Shown here one piece after another: positions 1 to 12,543 of a stretch of DNA of 64,000 nucleotides. The DNA is from Marsupella aquatica. Lineage: Eukaryota > Plantae > Marchantiophyta. Both the position numbers and the translations under genes were made by a program. Below the pieces are notes generated by a model, which had not been told where the DNA came from, searched no databases, and worked only from the letters and a program-made list of their open reading frames with translations. Every line of letters starts with the position of its first letter. Positions within the stretch are counted from its first letter, which is position 1. The DNA is taken from contig OZ316892.1 in NCBI GenBank assembly GCA_973895155.1, forward strand, positions 28,544,307-28,608,306, given 5' to 3'.

Positions 1-507
1 ACTAACATCGTCGTCATCCTTTCAACAGACTGACGAAGACTTGAGCTGCTTCAATCCATTCTAGAACCAAGAACTGGCTGGCGGTGTTGTCTAAAATAAT
101 GTCCAAACTATCCTCACGTTGGACATTTACAGATCCCTGCTCTCTCGCGGAGGGGCCTTTTAATTGCCCTCCTGGAGAAGGATCATCGTCTGTCGTTCCT
201 TTGCTTGCTGCTGCTGCTACTATGTTACAAAAAAAATCGGCAATTGAAGCGCCGCCTCCCCCTCCATCATCGACTCACGTGGGTGTGGCGTCCTCGATCG
301 GAAGGCCGTGAGATTCGGTCGCTAACCATTGAATCCAGTCCGCGGTTCCACTCTCGAATACATTTTATTTTCGTGAGTCGGGCGTGGCATTTGAATATGC
401 CAGCAGTGCCACTGACTGGTGCTGCTGCTGCTTCCGCTACTCCTGGTGGTGCTTCTGCTGACTAGAGAAGCGGTCAAAAGAATGATATTTACGTTGTCCT
501 AAATTTG

Positions 508-1806
508 CTAATGTCTACTGCTGCGCCCAGATCCTATCTGCCGATCACAATGCTTCCATCTGTGACGGAGTTGCCCGAGAAGGTCGGTCGCCTTTTGCTT
601 GGTTCGAGGATTGCTTTCGACTTGCACAAGGTAGAGCAATTGGGTCAATACACCGGGTTGCACAGCAGCCTCGTCGACACACTCTTTGGGAGCATGTTGA
701 CACACTGACCACAGGCACGAGACAGCTTTCTCCGTGGCATAGTCCGACACTCTAGAGATGACCCTCACGAGCACCGGCACTGCCAGTGCATGTGCACTAA
801 TGGCTTCTCGACCCGCCAGTCTCGAGCATAGGGTATCCAACATTGACAGTGCGCGCTCCGTGTTACTTCTTCCGGCCTCCGGAAGTATCTCCACGATGGC
901 AGACACAACACCCGCCTCCACGGCCTTGTCTGTGTTTCTCACAGGACCAGAAATGGAAAGCAAGGCCTTCAACCCGGCTTTGATAGCTTTGGCATGGTGG
1001 TCCTCCTTCAAGAGCTGCACTAACCCTTCGAACAAGCCGGCTGTCGCACCGATCGTCAACTTCATTTCGTCGTCGGTGGCAAGAATGGATAATAACAGGG
1101 CAGCGTTGACTCTTCCGTCCAGGCTTCCCTTGCAGAGCAGCCATGAGATGGCGGTGAGCTGCTTAGGACCAATGTAGAAAAGCTTCCTTATGTTGGACAA
1201 TGGCAAGAGCACTAGAATACCGAGGGCCTCCTCGCAGGCGTCCAAATTCTTGCTCAGACTATCAGGTGAGAACACAAAGTTGCCCAACACAGGAATGGCG
1301 CCAGCTTCGGCCACCACTTTCCTGGCTCTGTCGGACTCCTTCGTCATTGCCCTAATCTTCCGAAGTGACCCATAGCAACCCTGAGCCACTTCTTGCAACA
1401 TTCTCTTGGCCTTGTAAAACTCCACCGGTTGCTTGGGTGTCGGCATCCTCTCCACCCCATTCGCCCGGTTGGATACCTGCCAGTCCTGAATCAATCTCCG
1501 TAGAGTGTGGTTGGGAACAATTTCCATGTCATCCAATACCTGTCTCGTGGAGGGGCACGTATTATGTCCCTTCTCGAACCACTTCTCGATACTACTCCTG
1601 TCATATGTCTGCCCTGTGCTCGTCGTCACAGGATCCCGCATCAACTCCAGCGAAATCGGGCACCTGAAAAAGTCTGGCACGGAAACCTCCAGCCTGCTCT
1701 TCTTCGAATTCAAATTCTGTACTCTTTTCAATCTGCTCGTCTCTAGCGGTACAGCAGTGACGGTACACAGTACAGACGAGCAAGGAACTGGCACCTTCAT
1801 CCACAT
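508..1806 (-). CDS. Plant U-box (PUB) E3 ubiquitin ligase with C-terminal ARM repeats, intronless
   Basis: U-box motif VPDFFRCPISLELMRDPV...GQTYDRSSIEKW...TCP...PNHTLRRLIQDW followed by ARM-like helical repeats. The ORF track starts at GTG 1815; the first in-frame ATGs are at 1806 and 1800. Confidence 0.93.
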   Translation of the reverse strand: MWMKVPVPCSSVLCTVTAVPLETSRLKRVQNLNSKKSRLEVSVPDFFRCPISLELMRDPVTTSTGQTYDRSSIEKWFEKGHNTCPSTRQVLDDMEIVPNHTLRRLIQDWQVSNRANGVERMPTPKQPVEFYKAKRMLQEVAQGCYGSLRKIRAMTKESDRARKVVAEAGAIPVLGNFVFSPDSLSKNLDACEEALGILVLLPLSNIRKLFYIGPKQLTAISWLLCKGSLDGRVNAALLLSILATDDEMKLTIGATAGLFEGLVQLLKEDHHAKAIKAGLKALLSISGPVRNTDKAVEAGVVSAIVEILPEAGRSNTERALSMLDTLCSRLAGREAISAHALAVPVLVRVISRVSDYATEKAVSCLWSVCQHAPKECVDEAAVQPGVLTQLLYLVQVESNPRTKQKATDLLGQLRHRWKHCDRQIGSGRSSRH

Positions 1807-2616
1807 AATTGTCACTCAAAGGCGACGCATTCCGCTGCCCCACCGCACTCCCCTCCTCAACGTCTGGCTCGTACGTCAAGGGCACAGCAGGCATTCACTA
1901 TTGGAGCTAGTGATAGTGCTGGTGCTGGACCCGGAGCGGCTGGTGACTGACTCATGCCCTCGAGCCTCACGGTACTTCGCCAACATAATGATAGCACGTC
2001 CACTAGAGCAATCAATCGACCGAATCTGGAAGCAAATAATACCTCACAACAAGAATCTCCCCCACTTTCGCAGATCCACGTCCGGCTCCTCCTTCCTTCC
2101 TACACCAAGACAAGTCCAGCACCTTGCTTCCCCGATGACCCCATTTATCTCAAGCCGCTTAGACAACCTATCTCATAATGTGGCACACAGGTTGATGCAA
2201 AGAAAGGCCTATCAGAGTGCCACTCCAGGCCACTACCTTCTCTCCATACGACGGGCGGAAAATTCAGGTTCTCACGTTCTAATAATGCCTCCTTTCCCCA
2301 CAATGCCGTATCCCTTGCGCGCGATCCCAACGACGAATGCCTGGTGCACTCCCCTTTCGAGACCCGGTCCAATCTAAATGGAAGGACACAAATGATTCAA
2401 GACTGAACTACAGACAATTCACGCCGAGGCAAATCGAAAGACCGATGAGTAATCGCACCACGAAGAAGACCGCCCCCGGGGTGGAGCTTCTGCAAAAGTT
2501 GCTCCTCTCCGTCGGGACAAATGCTACTCACGAATGTCTGTGCCGCAGACTTAACCGATCCCGCTCGTCCGAGATGAGAATAGTGAAAGATGCTGACATC
2601 AAAAGATCACACTGCG

Positions 2617-2648
<32 letters not shown>
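2617..2648. repeat. (CTA)n microsatellite upstream of the PUB CDS
   Basis: About 10 perfect CTA units. Confidence 0.9.
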
Positions 2649-2649
<1 letters not shown>

Positions 2650-3479
2650 CATTCCCTCGTTCGTGCACCCTCCGTCCAAAAAGCCGCGAACTGAGGGTCC
2701 GGCGTGATTAGAAACAATAATAAACCTCCAGAGAAGCGACAAGACTCACACATATGCGCTACAGCCGGCGCAGCAAGAAGGCAACAGGTCTTTTGTTGGC
2801 TCGCGTCGCCACTTGGGACAGGCAACCAGCTGAGCAGCTCTCATTCCCTCCAAAAAAACTCCCCTTTCCTCCCCCTTTTCTGGTACAACAACAGCGAGCC
2901 CGCCGCAGTCTGTTCCTCCACTCAACGCAATCTGCGATAATCATACATCGTAGTAATAAATAGCTCCCCCCTCCTCCTGCGGTGTTATCGTTCTCCTTTC
3001 TCCTCCTCCAGCTGCCGCTCCCTCCTCCCAAACAAGAAGTCGCCTGCGACACACTCGCTGATCAATGTGCCCACTCGTAGCTAGGTGATGACTACGATCG
3101 ATCACCAGTGTTCAGTCCTACCAGAATGTGCGTAAGAGAAGATCGAGAGAGACAGACGCGCACATAGCAGTGCAATCTAGCCGCTAATGATGAATACTAG
3201 ATCCACGAAGCGGAATGCGACCCAGAAAAACACGACGATTGCAGATAGATCCAGGAGGAGCGGAATGCGACGAACACGACGACGGCGTTGTGGATGGGAC
3301 GGATGCGAATGCGCGAGATCGTGCTCTCCCCCAACGCCCTGCCCTCACGCCGCTCCCTTTGCCTCCCTCCCTCTTTCCTCGTACAAAAGTCGCGAAAAGA
3401 CAAGGTTAGTGCGCTCCAGTGCCCAAGCACTCACCAGCGCCCCCTGCGCCCGGCCCCTTCCCTCCGCCCCCAGACCAGA

Positions 3480-4180
3480 GGCTCCTTGCAACAAGCAGTG
3501 TCTTCTCGGGTTCCATTCACCCCCAATGGGCGCGGTTCGCCCTCCTTCTGCCCCGAACCTCACGGCCTTACAATTTTCAGGTTCCATTCGCCCCCAATGG
3601 ACAGACTCCCGCCCTCTGCCCCCAGCCTCACCATCTTCCAATTTTTCAGGCAGCGGTCCATCATGACTCCTCACCCTCAGTTCGGAGTGATGAAGAACCA
3701 GGATTACTGCTTCAAACAAGATCAGGTTCCATTGAACCCATCCTCTGCCCCCAGCATCACGGTCTTACAATGTTTTGGGCCTTGGTTCTATCATCACTCC
3801 TCTGTTTTGGGCCTTGGTTCTATCATCACTCCTCACCCTCCTCACCCTCACAGTTAGAAGTGACTGTAAACCGCGCTGATTTTGGCCTCATGGTCTTTAT
3901 AATGTTTTTAGCCCTGGTTCCATCATCACTCCTCACCCTCAGTCCGCAAGAACAGAGAACAAGGATTGCTCCATCAAGCAAGCAGTGCCTTCTCAGGTTC
4001 CATTTGGCCCCCATGGGCGCGGCCCTGCTTCCTCTGCCCCCGGCCTCACAGTCTTACGTTTTTTTAGCCCCTGTTCCATCATCACTCCTCACCCTTAATT
4101 AGCAGTGTTGATGAATCAGGATTGCATTAGGATCTCCTTCAAACAAGCCTAGACTTCTCAGGTTCCATTTGCCCCCAAAG
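3480..4180. repeat. Degenerate tandem repeat region, possibly transposon subterminal repeats
   Basis: GGTTCCATT recurs at ~3509, 3580, 3725, 3996 and 4161, interleaved with TCATCACTCCTCACCCT motifs. Confidence 0.6.
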
Positions 4181-5929
4181 GACAAAAATTTGAGTCTTTG
4201 AATTCACTAGGTTGAGAGTGCTATCTACAGCAAATAATTCACTATAATGAGTTAGAATATTGCCTTATGAATGGGGAAGTTGTGTGCCCAGGAAACTACT
4301 GTAACTAGTGTCCTGTAACAAAGGGCAGTTGCACAAGCAAGGAAGAGGGGCCGGGAGATTTCAACAATGAGGAATTGGGGGGATTGGGTCCTGGGACCTG
4401 GCGACTTTTCTAGCAACGACAACATTTCCTCAATAATAGAGTAGTTTGTTGTTGCTCAACATCTCAGTGCCTACAATCTCTTGCACCAAGAGCGCGGGCA
4501 CCAAACTATACTTCTACAATACTTTCTACGACGACAACTGATCCACCTTATGATTGGCTTTCCTTTACTACTTTCTGCAACACTTTTGCAACCAGGCAAC
4601 TCTATAATTATATTTCCATAAGATTGTCCTAACAATGATGTCTTGCCTCAACTACCCATTTGCAATGCTTGTGTCATCTCAACTATCTTCCGTGCAGTTT
4701 ATGACACAATGACACACACTTTTGCATTGACAATGCTACTCTAAACCTGTAAATACTTGCACAATTAGTTAGAGGACCCCTTGGTTATGTAAGTTTGATA
4801 TTATTCAACAAGTTGAAACTATCATGAAGAGTTGCATGTATTGGAATAGATTTGAATATGGAGATGAGAGGATAAATAGAGTAGATTATTTGTGATAACA
4901 GCCAACATAAAATATTCTTTTAGTAGTTCTATGTATGTCTACAATCCATGTACATTCGAGACCCCTGCCCATCCTCCTCTTAGCCCCCAGCTCATATCCC
5001 CATACATGAGCATGTAGAGGGAGAACCAGTATCTTGGCCAGAGGTTGGGACTTCAAGAGTCCTACGTACACGAGCATGGTCTCATAGACGTAGACGGTAG
5101 TATGAGCCTGTGGACCACATAGACATCCAGTAGGGGGTGTTAGGTAGTGATCGTCCTCCAAGAAACGTAGATTACATTGGTGTTGAGGGCCAATTTGGAG
5201 CATCCTATCTCATTGGCAAGGCTGCAGATGTTTAAAAGACTTTTCTCCCAGTATCTTCAAATCTCCATATTACATTCCTATTGATGAACCTGTGGAGATA
5301 TGGGGCCGTCCTTGGATAGTGAAGGAGTTGGAACATTTTGTTGCGTCAACACCCAAGTTGGGGGGTGTATGCATTGAGGATGGACTCAGACCCAAACGAG
5401 GTCTTCACTAGGTCGTGGCATTGTCGGATGATTGATGGTGACCCTGTTCATAATGGAAATTTAGCGGCTACATCAATAGTACCATAGGTAGAGGTAGAGA
5501 TTTGGAGGCTAATGTAGAGTGGATCTAGATGTTTGGTCCACCTAGAGATACATATTTTGTGAAACATATGGATGACCCATCATGACAGTAGCCGTTAGGA
5601 CCATTAGAGCGGGAGAGGAGTTGTTGTGTGATTATGATTGGGATGCACCAAAATTGTCTCTACGTTCCCGTCCAACTTAGTTTCTTGGGCTTACATATAT
5701 ATCTATATATTTATCTATTTATCTATTTTCCATTTCTAATGTTGGATTAATGAGATTGTTGGCAAGATTGATGTTGATGATATTACATGGATGTTGTATG
5801 ATATAATCAATATGTAGTGCCTGATATTGGGGTAATATCACGAGCGGGATCACAAGCTATGCGGCAACACCTTGTAGAGGCCATGACGGCCAATCGTGGG
5901 GAGGAGACTAAGGTATAGCATGAGGGTGG

Positions 5930-8069
5930 CAATCCAATGGAAGATCATGTTGACGAGGAGAGGGCCATGGATGAGCTCATGGACCAGTTCTATGACGATG
6001 ATGCTGACATGATTGGTATGGAGGACATGGGTAACCACGATGACAACAACACTCATCCGCATGTCTCTAGGGGGCCAGCAGAAGGAATGGGAAGAGGCTC
6101 AACGTCATGCTCATACTCACATATTTGAGGGGAGTATGTTATCTCAGCTCTCAGCAATAATGTTGTGGTTGAATGTGCAACAAAGACATGGGGCAAGCAA
6201 CCTACTTTTTGGTGATTTTTTTGTACCCTACATGATTGTATTTTACCACCAGGCAACAACATGCCAAGCTCTTGGAAGGAGGCTAAACATGTGTTGAAGT
6301 CCATTGGCCTAAAATACTAAGTAAGTGATACATGCATGTGTGAATGATTGCATTCTTTTCAGGGGTGAACATGAGAATGCAATTATATGTCCTATGTGTG
6401 AGAAGCCGCGGTTTCGTGATGACATGTTGACAGGGAAGGTGCCTCAAAAGGTTATGCGATACTTTACTCTCATCCCTCGATTGCGCCATCAATATCGTTG
6501 TGCAGAGTTGGCTAAGTATATGGTCTGGCTCTCACAATATTGTTCAAATATGGATAGTTACAGACTCTAGTACCATGGGGATGATGGTAGACTCTCCTGT
6601 CAATCAATTTGTAGAGGGCAGATGGGGTGAGTTCAAAACTGACCCGTGACATGTTCAACTTGGCTTGGCAGCAGATGGTATCAACCCTTCTGCATTAGCA
6701 GGTAAAGCAAAATCATATTCAATATGGCCAATAGTTCTCACAAACTACAATATCCCTCCATGGATGGCCATGAAGAAAGGTCATCTACTACTCTCAATGA
6801 TCATCCCCGGTTCTAAGCAAGTAAAAAAGATTGACATTTACTTGCAACCCTTGATTGATGAGCTTTTGAAACTGTGGAGAGGGGTGGATTGTTATGACAG
6901 ACGTGACAACACTGGAGGTTTGTCTTGCACATTTACCATGAAGGCCATTCTTATGTGGACCATGCATGATTTGCCAGGTAGGGTATTAAACCCTTATTTC
7001 CATTGCTATCTATTTACACCATGCTTTTAATTTTAAATTTTATTTTAATATAATTTGTATCATTTAGTTTACTTTCACTGGTTGGTTGTCTATTGATCAA
7101 GCGCATGGTTTGGATATATCTATGGATTGCAAACATCAGGCTATATATAGAGCTTGCCCTTTGTGCGGACCAGATTTGGAGGGTGTGACAAGACACAAGT
7201 CAACTACTTTGTGTAAGATAGTTTACATTGGTCATACCAAATATCTTCTAGAAGACTATCCTTGGAGGAGTGATCATTTCTTGTATGATATTGATGATGG
7301 CCAACCTGATACTTGTCCTCAACCTCAGCGAAAGGGTCCAACATATTGGAGAGAGGTATGGGAAAGAGTTCAAGACCGAGATGATCTATTACAATTTCTC
7401 CAAAGTGGCATGACCTGTTTGTCTGAATTGTCATAGTGGCCATATTGGTCAGAGTTGCCCATTAATCACTTGTTAGATCCAATGCACATTGAGGGGAATG
7501 TGGGCAGATCATTGATTCGTCATCTATATGGGGAGAAGAACCACAATTGGAGAGAAAGTTGTGAGGAGATGGGGATGCATGGTCTCCTTGGTTTTTGGCC
7601 ATCTTTGGGCCCCCTGGTGACCCCCCCAACATCTATCCTCCTTGGGTTTTGAGTAGGGCAGAGTGCACTGAGTTTCGCAAACGTATCGGATCAATGAGGT
7701 TTCCCACAGGTTATGGGGAAAATCTCCAAATAGCATTTGGCGGGGATGATTCTCCAAAATGGCCATCTTACTTGAAAACACATGATTTTCATCGGTTGCT
7801 TGAACATGTCATTCCAATTGCAATTATTGGATTGGGTAGTGAGGAACTTCGTGATGCCCTTTGGTCATTGGGCAAGCTTTTGAGATGCGTATGTCAAAAG
7901 GAGGTACGGGAGGATGACATTGTTGCAATGGAGACATTTGGAGTAGAGGTTTGTGCAAGTTGGAGAAGGCACTCCCTCCCTCATTTTTTGATGGTCAGGT
8001 TCATTTTCTCATACATTTAATGCATGAGGTTGCAATTGCAGACCTAGTGCATTGTCAATGGATGTATTG
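5930..8069 (+). pseudogene. CACTA/EnSpm transposase (TnpD-like), 5' part, decayed
   Basis: IHACVNDCILFRGEH..CPMCEKPRF, KVMRYFTLIPRL, LAADGINP..YSIWPIVLTNYNIPPW, DIYLQPLIDEL, DPMHIEGNV, LKTHDFHRL, LEKALPPSFFD. Multiple stops and frameshifts. Confidence 0.9.
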
Positions 8070-9869
8070 TGTCACGCGATTGACATGGGTCTTAACACCA
8101 AAAATGTCACTATTGGGTGCCAAAACCATCTCCTTGTACCTGAGGATCACGAAGGGATGCTGTGAAGGCCGGTAACCACTAGTTTATACCTTTAACACCA
8201 AACTATCATAGCAAGACTGTCACATATCACCCAAGCTCAATCCCTAGGAACCAAGGTTGGGAATCAGATCATGTGTTCATGATAGTTCTGGTGAGAAGGG
8301 GTCTTCATATCGGGCCTGTACACACAGGGCCTAACGCTACGGTGCGCATATGTCTATACGTATGCTTATTGTCATAGGTATATTTCTATTTTGCCGCCGG
8401 AATGTACCCATAAACCAGTGACTCCTGACTGATTCCCGACTTAGGGACTTCTAAGCCATTGCCCCACCACTCTGCCATTCCACTCTCAACAATCAGAGCT
8501 GTGACAGCCCTCACCCAACCCACTTCAATGCACCCGGTACCCCTCAGTGGCGCTGCTAGTCCCATCATACACTCAGATTGCCTCACACACACACACATCC
8601 ATGAGAGAAATGAGACCTAAGAGGAAAACTCAATTAGATTCAAAGATGTGCACAATAGTTCATTGAGAACAATTGATCCGAACAATAGGCCCAAAAGCTG
8701 TATACTCCAGATTGCGACGTGCGTGCCATGCAAGCTCAATCTTGAACCTGAGCTCGACTCACTCTAGATTGCGATGGAAGATTGGACTCAAACCAATCCC
8801 GTACTTGCCTTGCAAACTCAATCCTGAACTCAATCTCCTTCACTGCACTTCATTCTTGGGGGCACATACAAAGCTCACACCTCCATTTCAGAATGGCAAG
8901 TTACGCATGCACAGTTGACTTGACTTCAAAGCTGGTACCAGGCCTAACAACAATCTACCCCAGACTGCAATGAGGCCCGGCCTCACACTTGCCCTGCAAG
9001 CTCAGCTTTGGCCATAAATCCCTTAGTGCTCTCTACCATACAAAGGTCGGGACTCCCCATGGATCATGTAGCCTTGCCACACTAAACTGTAAATGCTCCT
9101 CCTACTGCCCCTCAATCAATATCTCAACCTCCCTAATGTGCTCACCGCAAACCAAATTGAAATCCTCCCCACAGTTTACAATCACCAATACATCACCTAT
9201 CACCAAGGCTTTGTATCGGGGGAAAAGAACCCAGTTGTGTTGCCTACTAGAAAGAGCCACAATCCAACTTGCAACCCTAGCCAACTGTTGCTGTGAAGCG
9301 TGGCTAAGTACTCCCTGAGTAATAGCACAACCAAGCTCTCCCCAACACACAGCTTCCAAGCCCAACCTTCCTTGCACAAAGCTCCTCCCTGCCGCTCAGT
9401 CTATGTGAGATCACACAACTAAAGTCCCCCTGCCTCTACCAGGGGGTTGCTCTATATACTCTCACACTAAGCCCAAATGGGTGGATACTACGCTGCTGGA
9501 GCCCCATCCCAACCCTAACGGAGCCGCCAGTATCTCTAACTAGTGAACCCTAACTCGTAGCTTTATTTCTATCTTGAATTAGCTATGTACTTTGGATTTG
9601 GCCCTCCTCCATAGTTTTTGCAAGCTTGCACCTCCTCTCACGATTTCTCTATTCGATCATCTGCTACGTGGATAGCAGAGTTGGAAGCGGCTTGAGCTCC
9701 TCTTTCCAACGAGGTCAATTATAGCCAATTTGGGCAAATACAGAGAAAATTATGCCCCACAACCGAGAGGGGGTATACACTGTTGCGCTAACCCAAGTTA
9801 CATAGCTAACCCGAGTTTGACTATCCTATCTAACCCGAGTAGAGCTAACCCGTGGCCTTGGGCTAAGTT

Positions 9870-10170
9870 GCTATCCGTGTCCGTTGTCCGCGTTCGCTAT
9901 CTGTGTCCGTTGTCCGTGTCCATTGTCCATCTTTGCTATCCATGTCCGTTGTCCGTGTCTGCTATTTGTGTTCGCTAACCTCTATCCGTATCTGTATCCG
10001 CTATCTATGTCTGTTGTCTGAGTCCACTATCCGTGTTTGCTATCCTCTACTTGTATCCTCTATCCTCTATCCGTATCCGTTATTGTTATCCATGTCCGTT
10101 AACCTCTATCTGTATCCGCTATCCGTGTCCGCTACCCGCTATCTGTATCCGCTATCTGTATCCACTACCT
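9870..10170. repeat. Degenerate minisatellite (TATCCG/TGTCCG units) inside the solo-LTR-like unit
   Basis: Many TATCCGTGTCCG-like hexamer variants. Confidence 0.75.
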
Positions 10171-10715
10171 CGGGTTACACACTAACCCGTCACATTAATA
10201 AGATCATATCTTTCTTAATACACCTTTGTTTTGGGAGTTTTTTATATCAATTTTACTCGCCTTGACCAGATCTTTCCAATGCTCTTTACAGATCCGGATT
10301 TGGTGATGTATTGAAAGAGATATGGTCGCTGACCACCTGCGACATAGCTTTTTATTTCTCTAACTTTCTAAGACTATACTATGGATCACTAACCTAACAC
10401 ATGGAATGAAGATGCATACAAAAGACATTCAGATTTCATTATGAGAACAACCACCATACCACATTGCCATTTTCTCAATCGTGGAGACTTGCTTCCCCAA
10501 ATTACCGCATCTACCCCTGCATCTTGGAGATCCCCCATGCTCCATTGTGCTTGCCAACACAGTAGTATGGTAGAGGAGGTGACTCCTCTCTTCCCCTAGC
10601 TGCTTGTTGGTGGCCTTGACATTGATTGTCTCCGTTATGTCTGCTTCGGTTGTGCACTCTTCAGGCTAACCTGCCCTAGTCCTGCTCTAAACGCCATGAT
10701 TGCCTTTATTCTTGT

Positions 10716-11075
10716 TGTCATGCCGAGGGACAGTGTGGCTCTTATGCACATCGGCATGTCCCTCGCCTGCCCGCTAGATATGTAGTTAGGGCTAGTGTAC
10801 TACCTGAGTTAGCGACATGTTCTTGTAGCAAGTCTGGGCCGTTCTTGAAGCAAATGTGCTTGTTAGTGTGACGCCAGGACTTTGCTTGCTTAGGGCATGT
10901 CTTTCTTTGGGGGTTTTCAGTTCTTCTTGAATCGCTGTTGACAGAGCTCAGACAGTGCTCGTCGGTTCCGTACACGGGATTCACACAGTGATTCGTTAGA
11001 TGCTCCCGACCGATCTTGGCATCCTGCCGGTTTTCGATTCGATTTCAGTACAATTGTTTCTCTTACGCCTTTTAT
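10716..11075 (+). repeat. Terminal repeat A1 (360 bp)
   Basis: Near-identical to 20156-20513 (about 4 difference sites seen). Confidence 0.95.
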
Positions 11076-11561
11076 TCAAGAAGAACTCTGTCGCCGGGTT
11101 AGCGGTGAAGGGAAGAAGATCGGAGACGCTGTGCTTCTCAATTGCTCGAGACAGTTGACGCTTTTCCGCTGATGCCGGTGCAATTTCTATGGAAAAATAT
11201 TGAGCGATGGGGTGGAAGTTATGGCTTTTGTGTATACACTTAAGTATATACACTTAAGTCAAACAGGCCCCCCCCTCACTTTTTTTCCTTCGCGCTTCGA
11301 TTTCAGGTTTTCCATTTCCGGCCGCTGCCAACTGCTGCTTCAGCGCCTCCCTGCGCCATGCTACCTTCTGGCCGGCTACAAGCCATGGGTTGCAGGTCGA
11401 TGCCTTTACTCTTGCTCGGAGCCCTGTAAAGGGTCGCACGCCAGATTTATTGCCGCCTCGCGGCTGTGTTCGTACTGCGCCCTTCTCCCTATGTGTATAC
11501 ACATCGGGGGTGACAACCTTCCCTTACCATTTTCTTTTCCTTTTGCTCGCCGGTACGCGCA

Positions 11562-12040
11562 TAGGGCATCGTGCCCTCCACTCAATTAGGACTCATTTTC
11601 TTTCTTTCCCCCTCGCCGTTTTCTTTCCTTTCCCCCGGTTGCCAGCACTTAATAGGGGAGAGGGAGCGAGTACAAGCGAGAGCTGAGAGAGAGAGGGCAC
11701 GAGGCCCTATGAAGAATTAAGGAGGGGAGGGGGAGTTCATGTCGACTCCCCTCGGGAGCCCTGCCAAGCACGAGGCCCAACTTACAGGGCATTAGAGGAG
11801 GGGAGGGGAAGCGAAAGCAGGGCACGAGGCCCTAGGCAAGCAATTAAAGCAGGGTGAGGGGGAGACAAGCGCAAGGAGAGGAGGGCACGAGGCCCTATGG
11901 AGGATTAAAGTGGGGGGGTTACATTCGACTCCTTTCCCTGGAGTCCTTCTGCCACTCTGCCAGGCACAGAAGCATTCATTAAAGCAGGAGAGGAGGGGGA
12001 GCGAGAGTGCTAGGAGAGGGCACGAGGCCCTAATAAGCAA
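11562..12040 (+). repeat. Repeat array in the 5' leader of the retroelement
   Basis: GAGGGCACGAGGCCCTA-like motif at ~11693, 11768, 11820, 11881 and 12016, plus one inverted copy at 11562-11578. Confidence 0.75.
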
Positions 12041-12543
12041 TTAAAGCAGGGGAAGGGGAGTTAGTCGCTCCCTTCTCTTTGGGAGCACATGAGGAGCCAG
12101 GAGGTGGCGCAAAGCCCTATGCAGGGCTCGAGCCATCATTAAGGGGGCCGTTTCTTTACTTTTCGCCTCGCCTCGCCCTTCGCTTCGTGATCCGCATAGG
12201 GCGTTGAGCCTGTGGCTTAATTCGGGCCCTAATCGCTCCCTCCCTTGCCGTTTCTTTTTCCAGTTCCACATCGGGCCGAGATGTATACACTTAAGGGGGG
12301 CCCAGGTTTACGTTTTTAAGGGCCCATTTTTCTGGATTTCTTTGTTGCCGCCACGTGTCATCTGCATAAAGCTGAGGGCCCGGCATATTCATCAGACGGT
12401 CAATCCAGCAAGCACAACACCGGTACAATTGGAGTTTTTAAGGGTCTTTTCTTTGCCTTTGTGGGTTTCATTTCCTAGCCTTGGGTTGCCACTCCCTTTT
12501 CTTGTCAGTTTCTTTCCCATTGGCACCCAGGTGAGCATGCAAC

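Noticed and set aside
397-420. MPAVPLT peptide encoded here (+) and at 1894 (-), flanking the PUB CDS
   Set aside because: The nucleotide match is short and imperfect and does not extend; treated as chance.
1505-2377. 290-aa plus-strand ORF
   Set aside because: Antisense to the PUB gene and its leader, GTG start, no domain features.
10742-10984. Identical 80-aa minus-strand ORF, also at 20180-20422
   Set aside because: A by-product of repeat A being duplicated; non-ATG start and no recognisable motif.
11690-12040. Regularly spaced repeats resembling a CRISPR array
   Set aside because: The repeats are degenerate, the spacers resemble each other, there are no cas genes and the context is a eukaryotic retroelement leader.
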